Source of the DNA: Candidatus Wolfebacteria bacterium GW2011_GWA1_44_24
Lineage (GTDB): Bacteria > Patescibacteriota > Minisyncoccia > UBA6257 > UBA9933
Direction: 5' to 3'
Assembly (NCBI GenBank): GCA_001001115.1
Contig: LCIO01000001.1
Span: 6,426 to 70,425, forward strand
DNA length: 64,000 bases
Part shown: piece by piece, positions 28,994 to 38,426 of the stretch
How positions within the stretch are numbered: the first letter of the stretch is position 1
Layout: each line of letters starts with the position of its first letter
Translations under genes and position numbers: made by a program
Notes under the pieces: model-generated
Told to the model about the DNA's origin: nothing
What the model saw: the letters and a program-made list of their open reading frames with translations, nothing else
The model's database searches: none

Positions 28994-30406
28994 TTAAATT
29001 GTCTGCGCAATCAGAAGGTTAGTTCCTCCTGATTTTCCAAAAGGAATGCCAGCGGTTATGACGATTTTATCGCCCTTCCCCGCCATTTTATATTTTACGG
29101 AAAGTTTTTTGGCTTCGCTGATAACACTTGATAATCCGTCAAATTTTTTCATTAATCGCGGATGGCAGCCAAAATTCAGAGCTAATTGGCTGAAAGTTTT
29201 CCGGTTTGAAGTCAAAGCTAAAATCGGTTGTTGAGGACGATAGCGGGAAATCATTTTAGAAGTGAAACCGCTTTCCGTTAAAGCGACAATCGCTTTTGCG
29301 CCAATATTATGCGCGACATTGACAACGGCAAAACTGATGGAATCGGCGACATTTTTTTCTTTCAGGCGGTGGCGGTTTAAAATTTCTTCATAATTTAATT
29401 TTTTTTCGGTATAACCGACAATGCGGGCCATTGTTTCAACGGCTTTGACAGGATATCGGCCGAGAGTCGTTTCTTCAGAAAGCATCACTGCGTCCGCGCC
29501 GTCCAAAACAGCGTTGGCAATATCATTGACTTCAGCTCTAGTGGGCAAAGAATTTCTAATCATTGATTCCAGCATTTGAGTGGCAATTATCACCGGCTTG
29601 CCGGTAGCATTGGATTTTTTAATAATCATTTTTTGCAAAATCGGTACCTGTTCCATCGGGACTTCCACAGCCAAATCGCCGCGAGCCACCAAAACAGCGT
29701 CAGCAGCTTCAATAATGCCGTCTATATTTTTAATGGCGTCCTGAATTTCTATTTTGGCGATTATTTTGATGTTCGCGTTGTGTTTTTTGATTATATTCTT
29801 AAGTTCCAAAATATCTTTGGCGCTTTTTACAAAAGAAATCGCCATAAAATCGACTTTGTGTTTGATGCCGAAAAGCGCGTCTTTTTTGTCTTTCGTTGTC
29901 AAAGAACCGATACTCAACGAAGCGCCGGGAAAATTAACACCCCTCCTCCCTTTAATTTCTCCGCCGATAATAATACGGCAATGGATATCGTTGCCACTGA
30001 TTTTTTCCGTCAATAATTCATTTTTCCCGTCATTGAGCATTATTTTCGCGCCTTTTTTGATTTCTTTCGGCAAACGGTTGTAATTAATAAAAACTTTTTT
30101 CTCGTTGCCGACGCATTTTTTGGTTGTTAACGTAAAAATCTGGCCCTCTTTCAAAACAATGCTTTCTTTATAAAAATCCCCTATTCTGATTTTCGGGCCG
30201 CAAAGGTCCTGAAGAACAGCAATCGGTTTTTCAAATTTTTTTCCGGCTTCGCGGGCAAGTTTTATTCTTTTTAAATGTTCGCCGTAATTGCCGTGCGAAA
30301 AATTAAGCCGGATAACATTCATTCCGGCTTTTATCATTTTCTCCATCGTTTTCTGATTTTCACTAACTGGGCCAATAGTGGCGACTATTTTTGTTTTTTT
30401 AAACAT
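28994..30406 (-). CDS. pyk: pyruvate kinase
   Basis: TKIVATIGP, RLNFSHG, AKIE, ARGDL, ATQMLESM, PTRAE. Confidence 0.96.
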   Translation of the reverse strand: MFKKTKIVATIGPVSENQKTMEKMIKAGMNVIRLNFSHGNYGEHLKRIKLAREAGKKFEKPIAVLQDLCGPKIRIGDFYKESIVLKEGQIFTLTTKKCVGNEKKVFINYNRLPKEIKKGAKIMLNDGKNELLTEKISGNDIHCRIIIGGEIKGRRGVNFPGASLSIGSLTTKDKKDALFGIKHKVDFMAISFVKSAKDILELKNIIKKHNANIKIIAKIEIQDAIKNIDGIIEAADAVLVARGDLAVEVPMEQVPILQKMIIKKSNATGKPVIIATQMLESMIRNSLPTRAEVNDIANAVLDGADAVMLSEETTLGRYPVKAVETMARIVGYTEKKLNYEEILNRHRLKEKNVADSISFAVVNVAHNIGAKAIVALTESGFTSKMISRYRPQQPILALTSNRKTFSQLALNFGCHPRLMKKFDGLSSVISEAKKLSVKYKMAGKGDKIVITAGIPFGKSGGTNLLIAQTI

Positions 30407-30466
30407 ACTTCGAATTATCCAGCTTAAGGGTATTTAAATTGTTTTTCAAGGTTTTTAAAAATTTCA

Positions 30467-31474
30467 TTATCCGTGTCTAACAACCATCACATCCCCATCT
30501 TGAACCTCATATTCTTTGCCCTCTAAGCGCAACCAGCTTTTTTGTTTGGCGGAATTCCACGAGCTGGCTTCCAATAATTTTTGCCAATTGATGACTTCCG
30601 CACGGATGAATTTTTTCTCGAAATCGCTGTGGATTTCACCCGCGGCTTGAGGCGCTTTTAAGTTTTTTTTGATTGTCCAGGCGCGCGTTTCATCTTCGCC
30701 GGTGGTGAAAAAACTTATTAAACCCAAAATCTCATACGCTTTTTTAATAAGTTCATCTATATCTCGCGCGTTTGCCAAATCAATCACTAGATAATCGGCA
30801 TTCAAATATTTTATTTTTTCTTTCAATATATCGCTAACATCGGTTTCTCTGCCGTTCAAGAGATATATTTGGCGTTTTGATGTGAGTAAATTCAATTCTT
30901 TGACAATCGGCTGGCCGGTTATTTCTTCTCCCGAATTCATAGCTAAAGCATTCCTTTCCAGCCCTTCTTTGATTTTTTTTAAAATCTCCAAATCTTTGAT
31001 TTTTTGCTTGTCACCGGTTCTGGCTTCACCATCCAATTTAGATAATCTCTTTTCAACGGTTTCCAAATCTTTCAGAATAAGTTCGGTATTTATAATCTCC
31101 AAATCTCTTATTGGGTCTATTTTTTGTTCAACATGAATAATTTCTTCGTTTTCAAATACTCTGACAACTTCAACAATCGCGTTTACTTCGCGGATATGTG
31201 ACAAAAATTGATTTCCCAATCCTTCGCCTTTATTGGCGCCTTTGACTAATCCGGCGATATCGTAAAATTCCACGACTGCGGGAATGGTTTTTTTCGAATT
31301 ACTTAATTTGGTTAATTTTTCCAGCCGTTCATCCGGCACCGCCACCACGCCCACATTTGGGTCAATTGTGGCAAAAGGATAATTGGCGATATTAACTTCC
31401 TGTTTGGTTAAAATTTTAAAAAGAGTGGATTTGCCGACATTGGGCAAACCGACAATTCCAATGGATAGTTTCAT
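30467..31474 (-). CDS. ychF: ribosome-binding ATPase YchF
   Basis: GLPNVGKST, NYPFATIDPN, DIAGLV, GEGLGN, C-terminal TGS domain. Confidence 0.95.
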   Translation of the reverse strand: MKLSIGIVGLPNVGKSTLFKILTKQEVNIANYPFATIDPNVGVVAVPDERLEKLTKLSNSKKTIPAVVEFYDIAGLVKGANKGEGLGNQFLSHIREVNAIVEVVRVFENEEIIHVEQKIDPIRDLEIINTELILKDLETVEKRLSKLDGEARTGDKQKIKDLEILKKIKEGLERNALAMNSGEEITGQPIVKELNLLTSKRQIYLLNGRETDVSDILKEKIKYLNADYLVIDLANARDIDELIKKAYEILGLISFFTTGEDETRAWTIKKNLKAPQAAGEIHSDFEKKFIRAEVINWQKLLEASSWNSAKQKSWLRLEGKEYEVQDGDVMVVRHG

Positions 31475-31511
31475 GTTTCTATTTTTATTTATTTGCGTTA
31501 AAATATCAACA

Positions 31512-31946
31512 ATGGCGGAACGGATTAATTTTGAATCTCAAAAAGAAAATTTTTTGTCGTCTCTCCCCGAAGAATTAAGGGAACGATGGGAAGACGCTTC
31601 CCTGGAAGATATTGAGAAAGTGATTGAAACCAGAAAAGAACTGGGGTATGAAATAATAAAAGGATATCATGTATCCGATAAAGATTTGCCGGTTGGTTCT
31701 TATTTAATCCCCGGCCCCGAGGCAGAAGGAAAATTATTTTACAGCGAAGACATTAAAAATTTATACGGCCGGCATGGAGGCGGTTTTATTTATATCATTG
31801 AGGGAGGGCCGGATAATCTCGCTATCGATAAAAATCTTGGCTGGAAAGTTTATAAAGGAAAGGCGAAAATCGTGGATAAGATTCCGATTATTTCCAAAAA
31901 TCTTGAAAAGCTTGGCGCTCAATTCGCCAAATGCGAATATCGCTGA
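31512..31946 (+). CDS. hypothetical protein, possible Arr-like ADP-ribosyltransferase fold
   Basis: Start ATG 31512; YHVS..DLPVGSYLIPG..LFYS..GGGFIYIIE..KIVDKI. Confidence 0.55.
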   Translation: MAERINFESQKENFLSSLPEELRERWEDASLEDIEKVIETRKELGYEIIKGYHVSDKDLPVGSYLIPGPEAEGKLFYSEDIKNLYGRHGGGFIYIIEGGPDNLAIDKNLGWKVYKGKAKIVDKIPIISKNLEKLGAQFAKCEYR

Positions 31947-31966
31947 TGGGTCTGTCGGCAGGCGGG

Positions 31967-32290
31967 TTAATATTTTCCCAATCCGGTTTTTAATTCTTTT
32001 ATTATTTCTTCCGGCAGCGGTTCGCCCGGTTTGGTCCTACCCGGATAACGCCACGCGGAAATTATTTTTCGACGGGTTTTGGCCTCCTGAATCATCACCC
32101 AGAGTTCGTGCTGATTTTTATTGCCAAACGGCTGCATTATGGCGATTGTTTTTGGCGCAATTCCTTCTTCTATTCTTTTCGGCAAATTCAAAATCCTCTT
32201 TATTCTTTGTTCCGACAATCTATAAAAACGCATTTTCCCGCGTGCGTGATTGGTCCAGAACAATGTTTTTGGTTTTTTAATGAATTTCAT
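31967..32290 (-). CDS. DUF4258/RelE-like small basic protein
   Basis: WTNHARGKM...LSEQRIKRIL and C-terminal IISAWRYPG. Confidence 0.6.
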   Translation of the reverse strand: MKFIKKPKTLFWTNHARGKMRFYRLSEQRIKRILNLPKRIEEGIAPKTIAIMQPFGNKNQHELWVMIQEAKTRRKIISAWRYPGRTKPGEPLPEEIIKELKTGLGKY

Positions 32291-32310
32291 TGTATAATTA
32301 TATCATAAGA

Positions 32311-34125
32311 ATGTCCAAATCTTCCTCTATAATTCAATACGGACTTTTGGGGCTAATTGTCGCCGCGGCTTTTATTTTAATGTTCAATGCTTCGCTGAAA
32401 GAATCGGCGACAATGGACGAATTAGCCCATATTCCTTCCGGCTATGGTTATGTCAAATATCTTGATTATCGCCTGAATCCCGAACATCCGCCGCTGATAA
32501 AAGCGCTCGCCGCTTTCCCGCTGCTTTTTCAAAAATTGAATTTTCCGGTTCAAAATCGTTATTGGCAAAAAGATGTCAATGGGCAATGGGCTGTTGGCGC
32601 GCAATTTTTGTATGAATCGGGAAATAACGCCGATGAAATAATTCAATGGTCGCGGCTCGGACCCATGCTTTTGACGCTGTTACTCGCGATTTTTATTTAT
32701 ATCTGGTCAAAAGAGTTGATTGGCCGCTGGTGGGCGTTTCTGCCGACGTTTTTATTCGTCTTTTCTCCAACGGTTTTGGCTCACGGCCACTATGTTACCA
32801 CCGATATCGGCGCGGCTTTAGGTATTTTTATCGCTCTTTATTACTTTATCAAATTCTTATTTAAAAATTCGCGGAGAAATCTTATTTTAGCGGGGTTGGC
32901 ATTTGGCGTTGCCCAACTGATGAAATTTTCAGCTGTTTTGCTTATCCCTTTTTTCGTATTTCTCCTCACAGTTTTTTATATTTCCAAAGTTTATCACGAT
33001 TGGAACGAGACCGCGCCAAAGGCGCGATTAAAGCGATTTTCTTTCCGCGCCGTCCGCTATGTCAAAAATTTATTTCTTATTTTTTTAATCGGTTATCTTT
33101 TGGTTTATGCCGCTTATTTCGTTTTTACCATTAATTATCCGATTGAAAAACAAAAATCCGATACGGAATTTATTTTAAGTTCTTTCAGTGTTGAACAGCT
33201 GGCGGAAATTAATGTTTGGATGAGCGGCAATAAAATTTTAAGGCCTTTTGCCGAATACCTGCTCGGAGTTTTAATGGTGGCGCAACGTTCCGGCGGCGGC
33301 AATACCGGTTATTTTATGGGAGAAGTCTCCGCCAGCGGCTGGTGGTATTATTTCCCCGCAGTCTTTATTTTAAAAGAGCCCCTTCCATCGTTAATTCTAA
33401 TAGGATTGGCTCTTTTATTGAGCATTTGGCAAATCTTAAAATCTAAAAGCTATAAGCTAAAAGCCGTTATTAATTATCTCGGTCTTCATTTTGCCGAATT
33501 TTCAATGATTTCTTTTGTGGTTTTTTACTGGGCTTACAGCATAAAAAGCCCGCTGAATATCGGTATTCGCCATATTTTACCGACAATTCCTTTCATTTAT
33601 ATTCTTATCGCTTCAGCGTTCAAAAAATGGATAAACAGCGGCGCGACGGTTATAAAAAGTTTGCTGGTCGCCGTTTTGATAATTTGGTATGTTGGAGAAA
33701 CTATCTTTGTTGCCCCTAATTATCTTTCTTATTTTAATGAAATCGGCGGAGGGACTAAAAACGGCTATCAATATGTCGTTGATTCCAATTATGACTGGGG
33801 ACAAGACCTTAAAAGATTAAAAGATTGGACAGATAAAAACTTGCCTGCCGGCAGACAAATTGCGGTTGATTATTTCGGCGGCGGCAATCCTAAATATTAT
33901 TTAGGAGATAAAGTCGAATATTGGCAGTCAGCTAAAGGCAACCCGAAATACGAGGGCATCGATTGGTTTGCAATATCAATAAATAATTTACAAGGCGCTT
34001 TGGGACAACTTCACCCGGGTCAATCGCGCAATCCGGAAGATGAATATGGATGGCTTAAAGAATTTCGCAACCCATATCAACCGGATGCTAAAGCCGGAAC
34101 GTCAATATTTATTTATAAATTATAA
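32311..34125 (+). CDS. GT-C fold glycosyltransferase (PMT_2/family 39-like)
   Basis: TMDE.AHI, NPEHPPL, HGH..TTD, NIGIRH, DSNYDWGQDL; many TM segments. Confidence 0.8.
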   Translation: MSKSSSIIQYGLLGLIVAAAFILMFNASLKESATMDELAHIPSGYGYVKYLDYRLNPEHPPLIKALAAFPLLFQKLNFPVQNRYWQKDVNGQWAVGAQFLYESGNNADEIIQWSRLGPMLLTLLLAIFIYIWSKELIGRWWAFLPTFLFVFSPTVLAHGHYVTTDIGAALGIFIALYYFIKFLFKNSRRNLILAGLAFGVAQLMKFSAVLLIPFFVFLLTVFYISKVYHDWNETAPKARLKRFSFRAVRYVKNLFLIFLIGYLLVYAAYFVFTINYPIEKQKSDTEFILSSFSVEQLAEINVWMSGNKILRPFAEYLLGVLMVAQRSGGGNTGYFMGEVSASGWWYYFPAVFILKEPLPSLILIGLALLLSIWQILKSKSYKLKAVINYLGLHFAEFSMISFVVFYWAYSIKSPLNIGIRHILPTIPFIYILIASAFKKWINSGATVIKSLLVAVLIIWYVGETIFVAPNYLSYFNEIGGGTKNGYQYVVDSNYDWGQDLKRLKDWTDKNLPAGRQIAVDYFGGGNPKYYLGDKVEYWQSAKGNPKYEGIDWFAISINNLQGALGQLHPGQSRNPEDEYGWLKEFRNPYQPDAKAGTSIFIYKL

Positions 34126-34142
34126 AGAATTTGTTATTTAGA

Positions 34143-34286
34143 CGTAAGAATTCATGGCGTTGTTTACATTTTCCAGCAGATTGCCTTTCAGAACCAGAAT
34201 ATTTTTGTTCCAGCGACAAAAATTTCTTCCCCCTCGGCGCGCTGGCTCCGACTATTGATATATCTGCAACGCTAGGAAATCTTATA
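34143..34286. mobile_element. MITE-like non-autonomous element, copy B (144 bp)
   Basis: Degenerate inverted ends CGTAAGAATTCATGGCGTTG / CAACGCTAGGAAATCTTATA; flanks ATTTAGA / GTTTAGA; 27-nt exact match (34181-34207) to 19247-19273. Confidence 0.65.
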
Positions 34287-34295
34287 GTTTAGAAT

Positions 34296-35090
34296 TTATT
34301 TAAATCTATAGTACGCCCTATTTTCCACCCTTAAGTCAATATATTCAATTTTCTTTAAATCCTGATTTTTAAAAGATTGAAGCGCTGATAATCCGAAATC
34401 GGGATCAATTCTTATATTAAAATAAATTTTCGGCGATAATTCGGTTTGGACTTCGTAAAGAGCCAAGTCAAGACGAAAAGTTTTTGAATTAAAATCCGCT
34501 TTTTCAAGCAATTCAAAAATTTTTAAAAGGTTTTTAAATAAACTTTCGTCAAGAATCCGGCCGCCAAGCGATAATTCCCCTTGGGACGAATCGATTATTT
34601 TATAAATTATTTCTCCTTCAACTCTCGGTGCTTTCTCAAAAACTATCCCGTTTTTGTCAAACCACCAGCAATTCATTGCGAATTCTTCTTGAGGGCACCA
34701 AATGCCGAATTTTTCTCTTTCTTCAAATTCAATATTTATCTCTCTGTGAAAATAATCTTTTTTTATTTTAAGCCGGAGAATTTGCGGATAATTTTTCGGG
34801 AAAAAATCCGTTTTGTTTTTCCATATCAAGATATTGTCGGCGCCTAAAAAAAACGCAATTTTTGATTGTTCATAAAAAAAAATTTTGATGTCTTCAATCA
34901 ATTTCCCGCTAATTTCAGACTCCGACGGCGTTATATTGATATTTTTTATTCTGAAAGCAGATGAATAAACGACTAAATAGCCGATGCCGCCCGCTAAAAA
35001 TAAAAAAACGGAAAACACCAAATAAATTTTCAGTTTTAAGAACCGTCTTTTTCTTTGACGTTGTTTTTCATCGGAATAATAAAGGTTCAT
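34296..35090 (-). CDS. FtsQ/DivIB-like cell division protein
   Basis: Basic N-terminus, one TM helix, POTRA-like region (F.IKNI..., I..EER), C-terminal YIDLR. Confidence 0.7.
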   Translation of the reverse strand: MNLYYSDEKQRQRKRRFLKLKIYLVFSVFLFLAGGIGYLVVYSSAFRIKNINITPSESEISGKLIEDIKIFFYEQSKIAFFLGADNILIWKNKTDFFPKNYPQILRLKIKKDYFHREINIEFEEREKFGIWCPQEEFAMNCWWFDKNGIVFEKAPRVEGEIIYKIIDSSQGELSLGGRILDESLFKNLLKIFELLEKADFNSKTFRLDLALYEVQTELSPKIYFNIRIDPDFGLSALQSFKNQDLKKIEYIDLRVENRAYYRFK

Positions 35091-35098
35091 ATTATTCC

Positions 35099-36325
35099 TT
35101 AGCCGATTTTTTCAAATTTTAAGTACTGTTGAATCGCTTGAGGGACAAAAATAGAACCGTCTTCTTGCTGATAATTTTCGATAATGGCGATTAAAATCCG
35201 GCCGATAGCAAAAGCGGTGCCATTGAGAATGTGGATATGCTCTGACTTTTGGCTTCTATATTTAATATTTAATCTTCTGGACTGAAAATCAGTGGTATTG
35301 GAAATGGAATGGGTTTCACGGTAAGTATTTTGTCCCGGCATCCAAGATTCAATATCGTAGGTAATAGCCGAGGGGCGAGAAAGATCGCCACTGCAAAGCT
35401 GAATCACCCGATATGGAATTTTCAGTTTTTGCATTAAATTTTCCGCCATTTTCAATAAAAATTCCAATTCCTGGCCGGATTTTTCCGGCTCCGCAAAACT
35501 AATCATTTCCGCCTTATCGAATTGATGAACCCTTAAAATTCCTTTTGTGTCTTTGCCGTAAGAACCGGCTTCGCGGCGGAAACAGCTGGAAAAACCGATA
35601 TATCTTCTCGGTAATTCTTTTTCGTCAAAAATTTCGTTGGAATGCATCGGAATGATTGATTGTTCGGCGGTGCCGACAAGATACAATCCATCTTTCTCAA
35701 AAAAATAACGCTCTTCTTTGTCCGCCGCTGAATCTATATAGCCCAAACTTTTCATTATTTCTTCTTTAATCATTACTGGCGGGACAATAGGAATAAATCC
35801 TTCTGATGTCAGATTGTCAAAAACTAATCTTAAAAGGGCAAATTCCAAAAGAGCCGCTTGATTCTTCAAATAGCCGAAACGGCTACCGGAAACCCTGGCA
35901 GCCCGTTCAATATCAATCAAATCCAATTTTTCGGCAAGCTCAAGATAATCTTTTGGCTTAAAATTAAATTTCGGCTTTTCGCCGACTTCGCGGATTACAA
36001 TATTATCTTTTTCGTTTTTGCCGATCGGCACATTTTCTAACGGCAAATTCGGCAATTGTTCAAGAATTTCCTGCCGTTGGGCTTCAACTTGTTTTAAATT
36101 GTCCTCCGTTTCTTGAATTTTATTTTTTATTTTTTTCGCTTCTTCGGCGTTTTCTTTGCCAAATTTTTTCTGGCCGGCGCGCAAATTGTCTATTTCCCCG
36201 ACTGATTCCCGCCAATTCTTGTCTAAAATCAAAAAATCATCAATCAATTTCGGATTGATGTTTTTGGAAATAACGCCCTTTTTAACCAATTCCGGATTGC
36301 TTCTGATTAAATTAATATCAAGCAT
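35099..36325 (-). CDS. serS: serine--tRNA ligase
   Basis: MLDI..IR, GTAE, FRREAGSYG, RVHQFDK, NGTA. Confidence 0.96.
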   Translation of the reverse strand: MLDINLIRSNPELVKKGVISKNINPKLIDDFLILDKNWRESVGEIDNLRAGQKKFGKENAEEAKKIKNKIQETEDNLKQVEAQRQEILEQLPNLPLENVPIGKNEKDNIVIREVGEKPKFNFKPKDYLELAEKLDLIDIERAARVSGSRFGYLKNQAALLEFALLRLVFDNLTSEGFIPIVPPVMIKEEIMKSLGYIDSAADKEERYFFEKDGLYLVGTAEQSIIPMHSNEIFDEKELPRRYIGFSSCFRREAGSYGKDTKGILRVHQFDKAEMISFAEPEKSGQELEFLLKMAENLMQKLKIPYRVIQLCSGDLSRPSAITYDIESWMPGQNTYRETHSISNTTDFQSRRLNIKYRSQKSEHIHILNGTAFAIGRILIAIIENYQQEDGSIFVPQAIQQYLKFEKIG

Positions 36326-36326
36326 A

Positions 36327-37082
36327 TTACGGACAAGAAACGGTTGAGGTGGTAAAACTGCCGCCGTTAGAAATCGTTATTTTATAACAAGTGCCGCCCG
36401 GAGAACGCAAAATTAAGCCACCGTTGATCGATACATCTCCAGAAAAATAAGCGTTTCTCCAGCGAGTGCTTGGAGAATAGCCAAAATCATAAATACCGTC
36501 GCTGCCCGGCAAAAGATTGGAATCAAAAGTCGCCGCCGAAACCCGGGCAATCGCCGAACGCAGCGATCTTTGAATTCGCGAATTGGGATTGGAAGAATTG
36601 TAGGTCAGTTGAATATCAACGGAAACGGTGTCATGTCCAGGATATTGAACAAACTTGGAAAATTCCAGCTTGTCGGCTACTACCCGATTATTGGTTAAAA
36701 CGCTGATTTTTTGATTTTGTCCGATTCCTTCGGACATTTTAATAGTACCCGAGTCGTTCCAAATAATAATCGGGTCCCTGTCGGTTGAAGGATTAAAGCC
36801 GGAATCTTTCACCCTCAAAACCAATCTTGAATGGACTGTCCCCAATGAAGCGTCGTTGCTGATATCGTTTGAGACATCGTTGACTATAACAGCTGAAGAT
36901 TCTCTCACCAACCGGGAAATTGTTTGCATTACGAAATTAAGCTGACCGGTTACTTCCATTGATGACGATTCTGTCTGCTGAACCCTCAAAACAGCGGTTA
37001 AAATGCCTATCATCAATCCCGAAGCGACGGCAAAAATAGAGATATAAATGAGAATTTCTATTAAGGTAAAAGCTTTTTTCAT
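36327..37082 (-). CDS. type IV pilin-like protein (class III signal peptide)
   Basis: MKKA|FTLIEILIYISIF N-methylation motif with Glu at +5. Confidence 0.85.
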   Translation of the reverse strand: MKKAFTLIEILIYISIFAVASGLMIGILTAVLRVQQTESSSMEVTGQLNFVMQTISRLVRESSAVIVNDVSNDISNDASLGTVHSRLVLRVKDSGFNPSTDRDPIIIWNDSGTIKMSEGIGQNQKISVLTNNRVVADKLEFSKFVQYPGHDTVSVDIQLTYNSSNPNSRIQRSLRSAIARVSAATFDSNLLPGSDGIYDFGYSPSTRWRNAYFSGDVSINGGLILRSPGGTCYKITISNGGSFTTSTVSCP

Positions 37083-38413
37083 TTTGGTCTTAATGTCGGA
37101 AAGATAATAATTTCTTTTATATTATAACTTTTAGCAACCAGCGCGGCAAGGCGGTCGATGCCGATGCCCAGACCCGCGGCTGGCGGCATGCCGTACTCCA
37201 AGGCTTCCAAAAAATCTTTATCAAAGCGCGGGGCTTCCGCATCGCCGGCCCGATACATTTTTTCCTGTTCTTCCATTCTTTTTCGCTGCTCGACCGGGTC
37301 GTTCAATTCCGAAAAGCCGTTGATTATCTCCGTGCCGTTGACAATAAGCTGAAATCTTTCAGTAAAATCTGGGTCATCGACGCAAGATTTTGCCAAAGGC
37401 GAAATTGATTTTGGATAATGAGTAACGAAAGTCGGTTTGATGATTTTCGACCGGATTTCTTTTTTGAAAATTTCGTCCATCCCTTCGGTTTTAATTTTTT
37501 TAAAATCAAGCTTGGCGTATTTTTTGAAAGAATCCGCGTAAGAAATTTTTTCCCATCTGCCGGGAATGAATTTTTTTAATAATTTTTCGGTGAATTTCAT
37601 CAAATCTTCCCAATTCTGATAAGCCCAATAAAGCTCCAGCATTGTGAATTCGGGATTATGGTCGCGGTCAATGCCTTCATTTCTGAAAACCCGTCCGATT
37701 TCAAATATTTTTTCAAAGCCGGCAACCAACAATCTTTTAAGATAAAGTTCCGGAGCAATTCGCAAATAAAAATCGGTATTCAAAGCATTATGATGAGTGA
37801 CAAACGGCCTGGCTTTGGCGCCGCCGGGAATCGGCTGGAGCATCGGCGTTTCCACTTCGATGAAATTTTCTCCGGCTAATTTTTCCCGCAAATATTGAAT
37901 AACTTCGGAACGTTTTAAAATATTCTCTTTAATTTCTGGATTCAGAATAATATCCAGATAACGCTTCCGGAAACGTTCTTCAGCGTCTTTTAAGCCGTGC
38001 CACTGGCTCGGCAACGGCCTTAAGCTTTTAACGATAATCTGAACGGATTTTGCTTCAATGCTTTTTTCGCCGGCTTTAGTTTTAAAAAGCAAACCGTTGA
38101 CGGCGATAAAATCGCCAATATCCAAATTTTGCTTTAAGACTTTGAAATTCCGAAGATTGTCTTTTTTAAGAACGCTTTGGATTCTTCCGCTTTCGTCGGA
38201 AATATCGGCAAAAAGCAAATTCCCCTGGTCGCGCAAACCGATTATTCGGCCGGTCTCAAAAATTTGTTTTTTAGCGCGGCTTAATGAATCAAAATTTTTA
38301 ATCGCCTCGGCTATTGAAAACGTTCGCTTAATTCTGGCGGGGTAAGGATTGACACCGGCTTCAACCAGATTATTGAGTTTTTTTCGCCTTTCTTTAATGA
38401 TATCGTCCAACAT
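37079..38413 (-). CDS. lysS: lysine--tRNA ligase (class II)
   Basis: OB fold, EVETPML, LRIAPELYLK, FRNEG, HNPEF, GIGIDRL. Confidence 0.96.
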   Translation of the reverse strand: MLDDIIKERRKKLNNLVEAGVNPYPARIKRTFSIAEAIKNFDSLSRAKKQIFETGRIIGLRDQGNLLFADISDESGRIQSVLKKDNLRNFKVLKQNLDIGDFIAVNGLLFKTKAGEKSIEAKSVQIIVKSLRPLPSQWHGLKDAEERFRKRYLDIILNPEIKENILKRSEVIQYLREKLAGENFIEVETPMLQPIPGGAKARPFVTHHNALNTDFYLRIAPELYLKRLLVAGFEKIFEIGRVFRNEGIDRDHNPEFTMLELYWAYQNWEDLMKFTEKLLKKFIPGRWEKISYADSFKKYAKLDFKKIKTEGMDEIFKKEIRSKIIKPTFVTHYPKSISPLAKSCVDDPDFTERFQLIVNGTEIINGFSELNDPVEQRKRMEEQEKMYRAGDAEAPRFDKDFLEALEYGMPPAAGLGIGIDRLAALVAKSYNIKEIIIFPTLRPK

Positions 38414-38426
38414 AACAATAAAAAAA

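Noticed and set aside
19205..34286. Repeats as a CRISPR array or integron attC sites
   Set aside because: Only two dispersed copies 15 kb apart, no regular spacers, no cas or integrase genes; inverted ends plus direct repeats fit an IS-derived element better.
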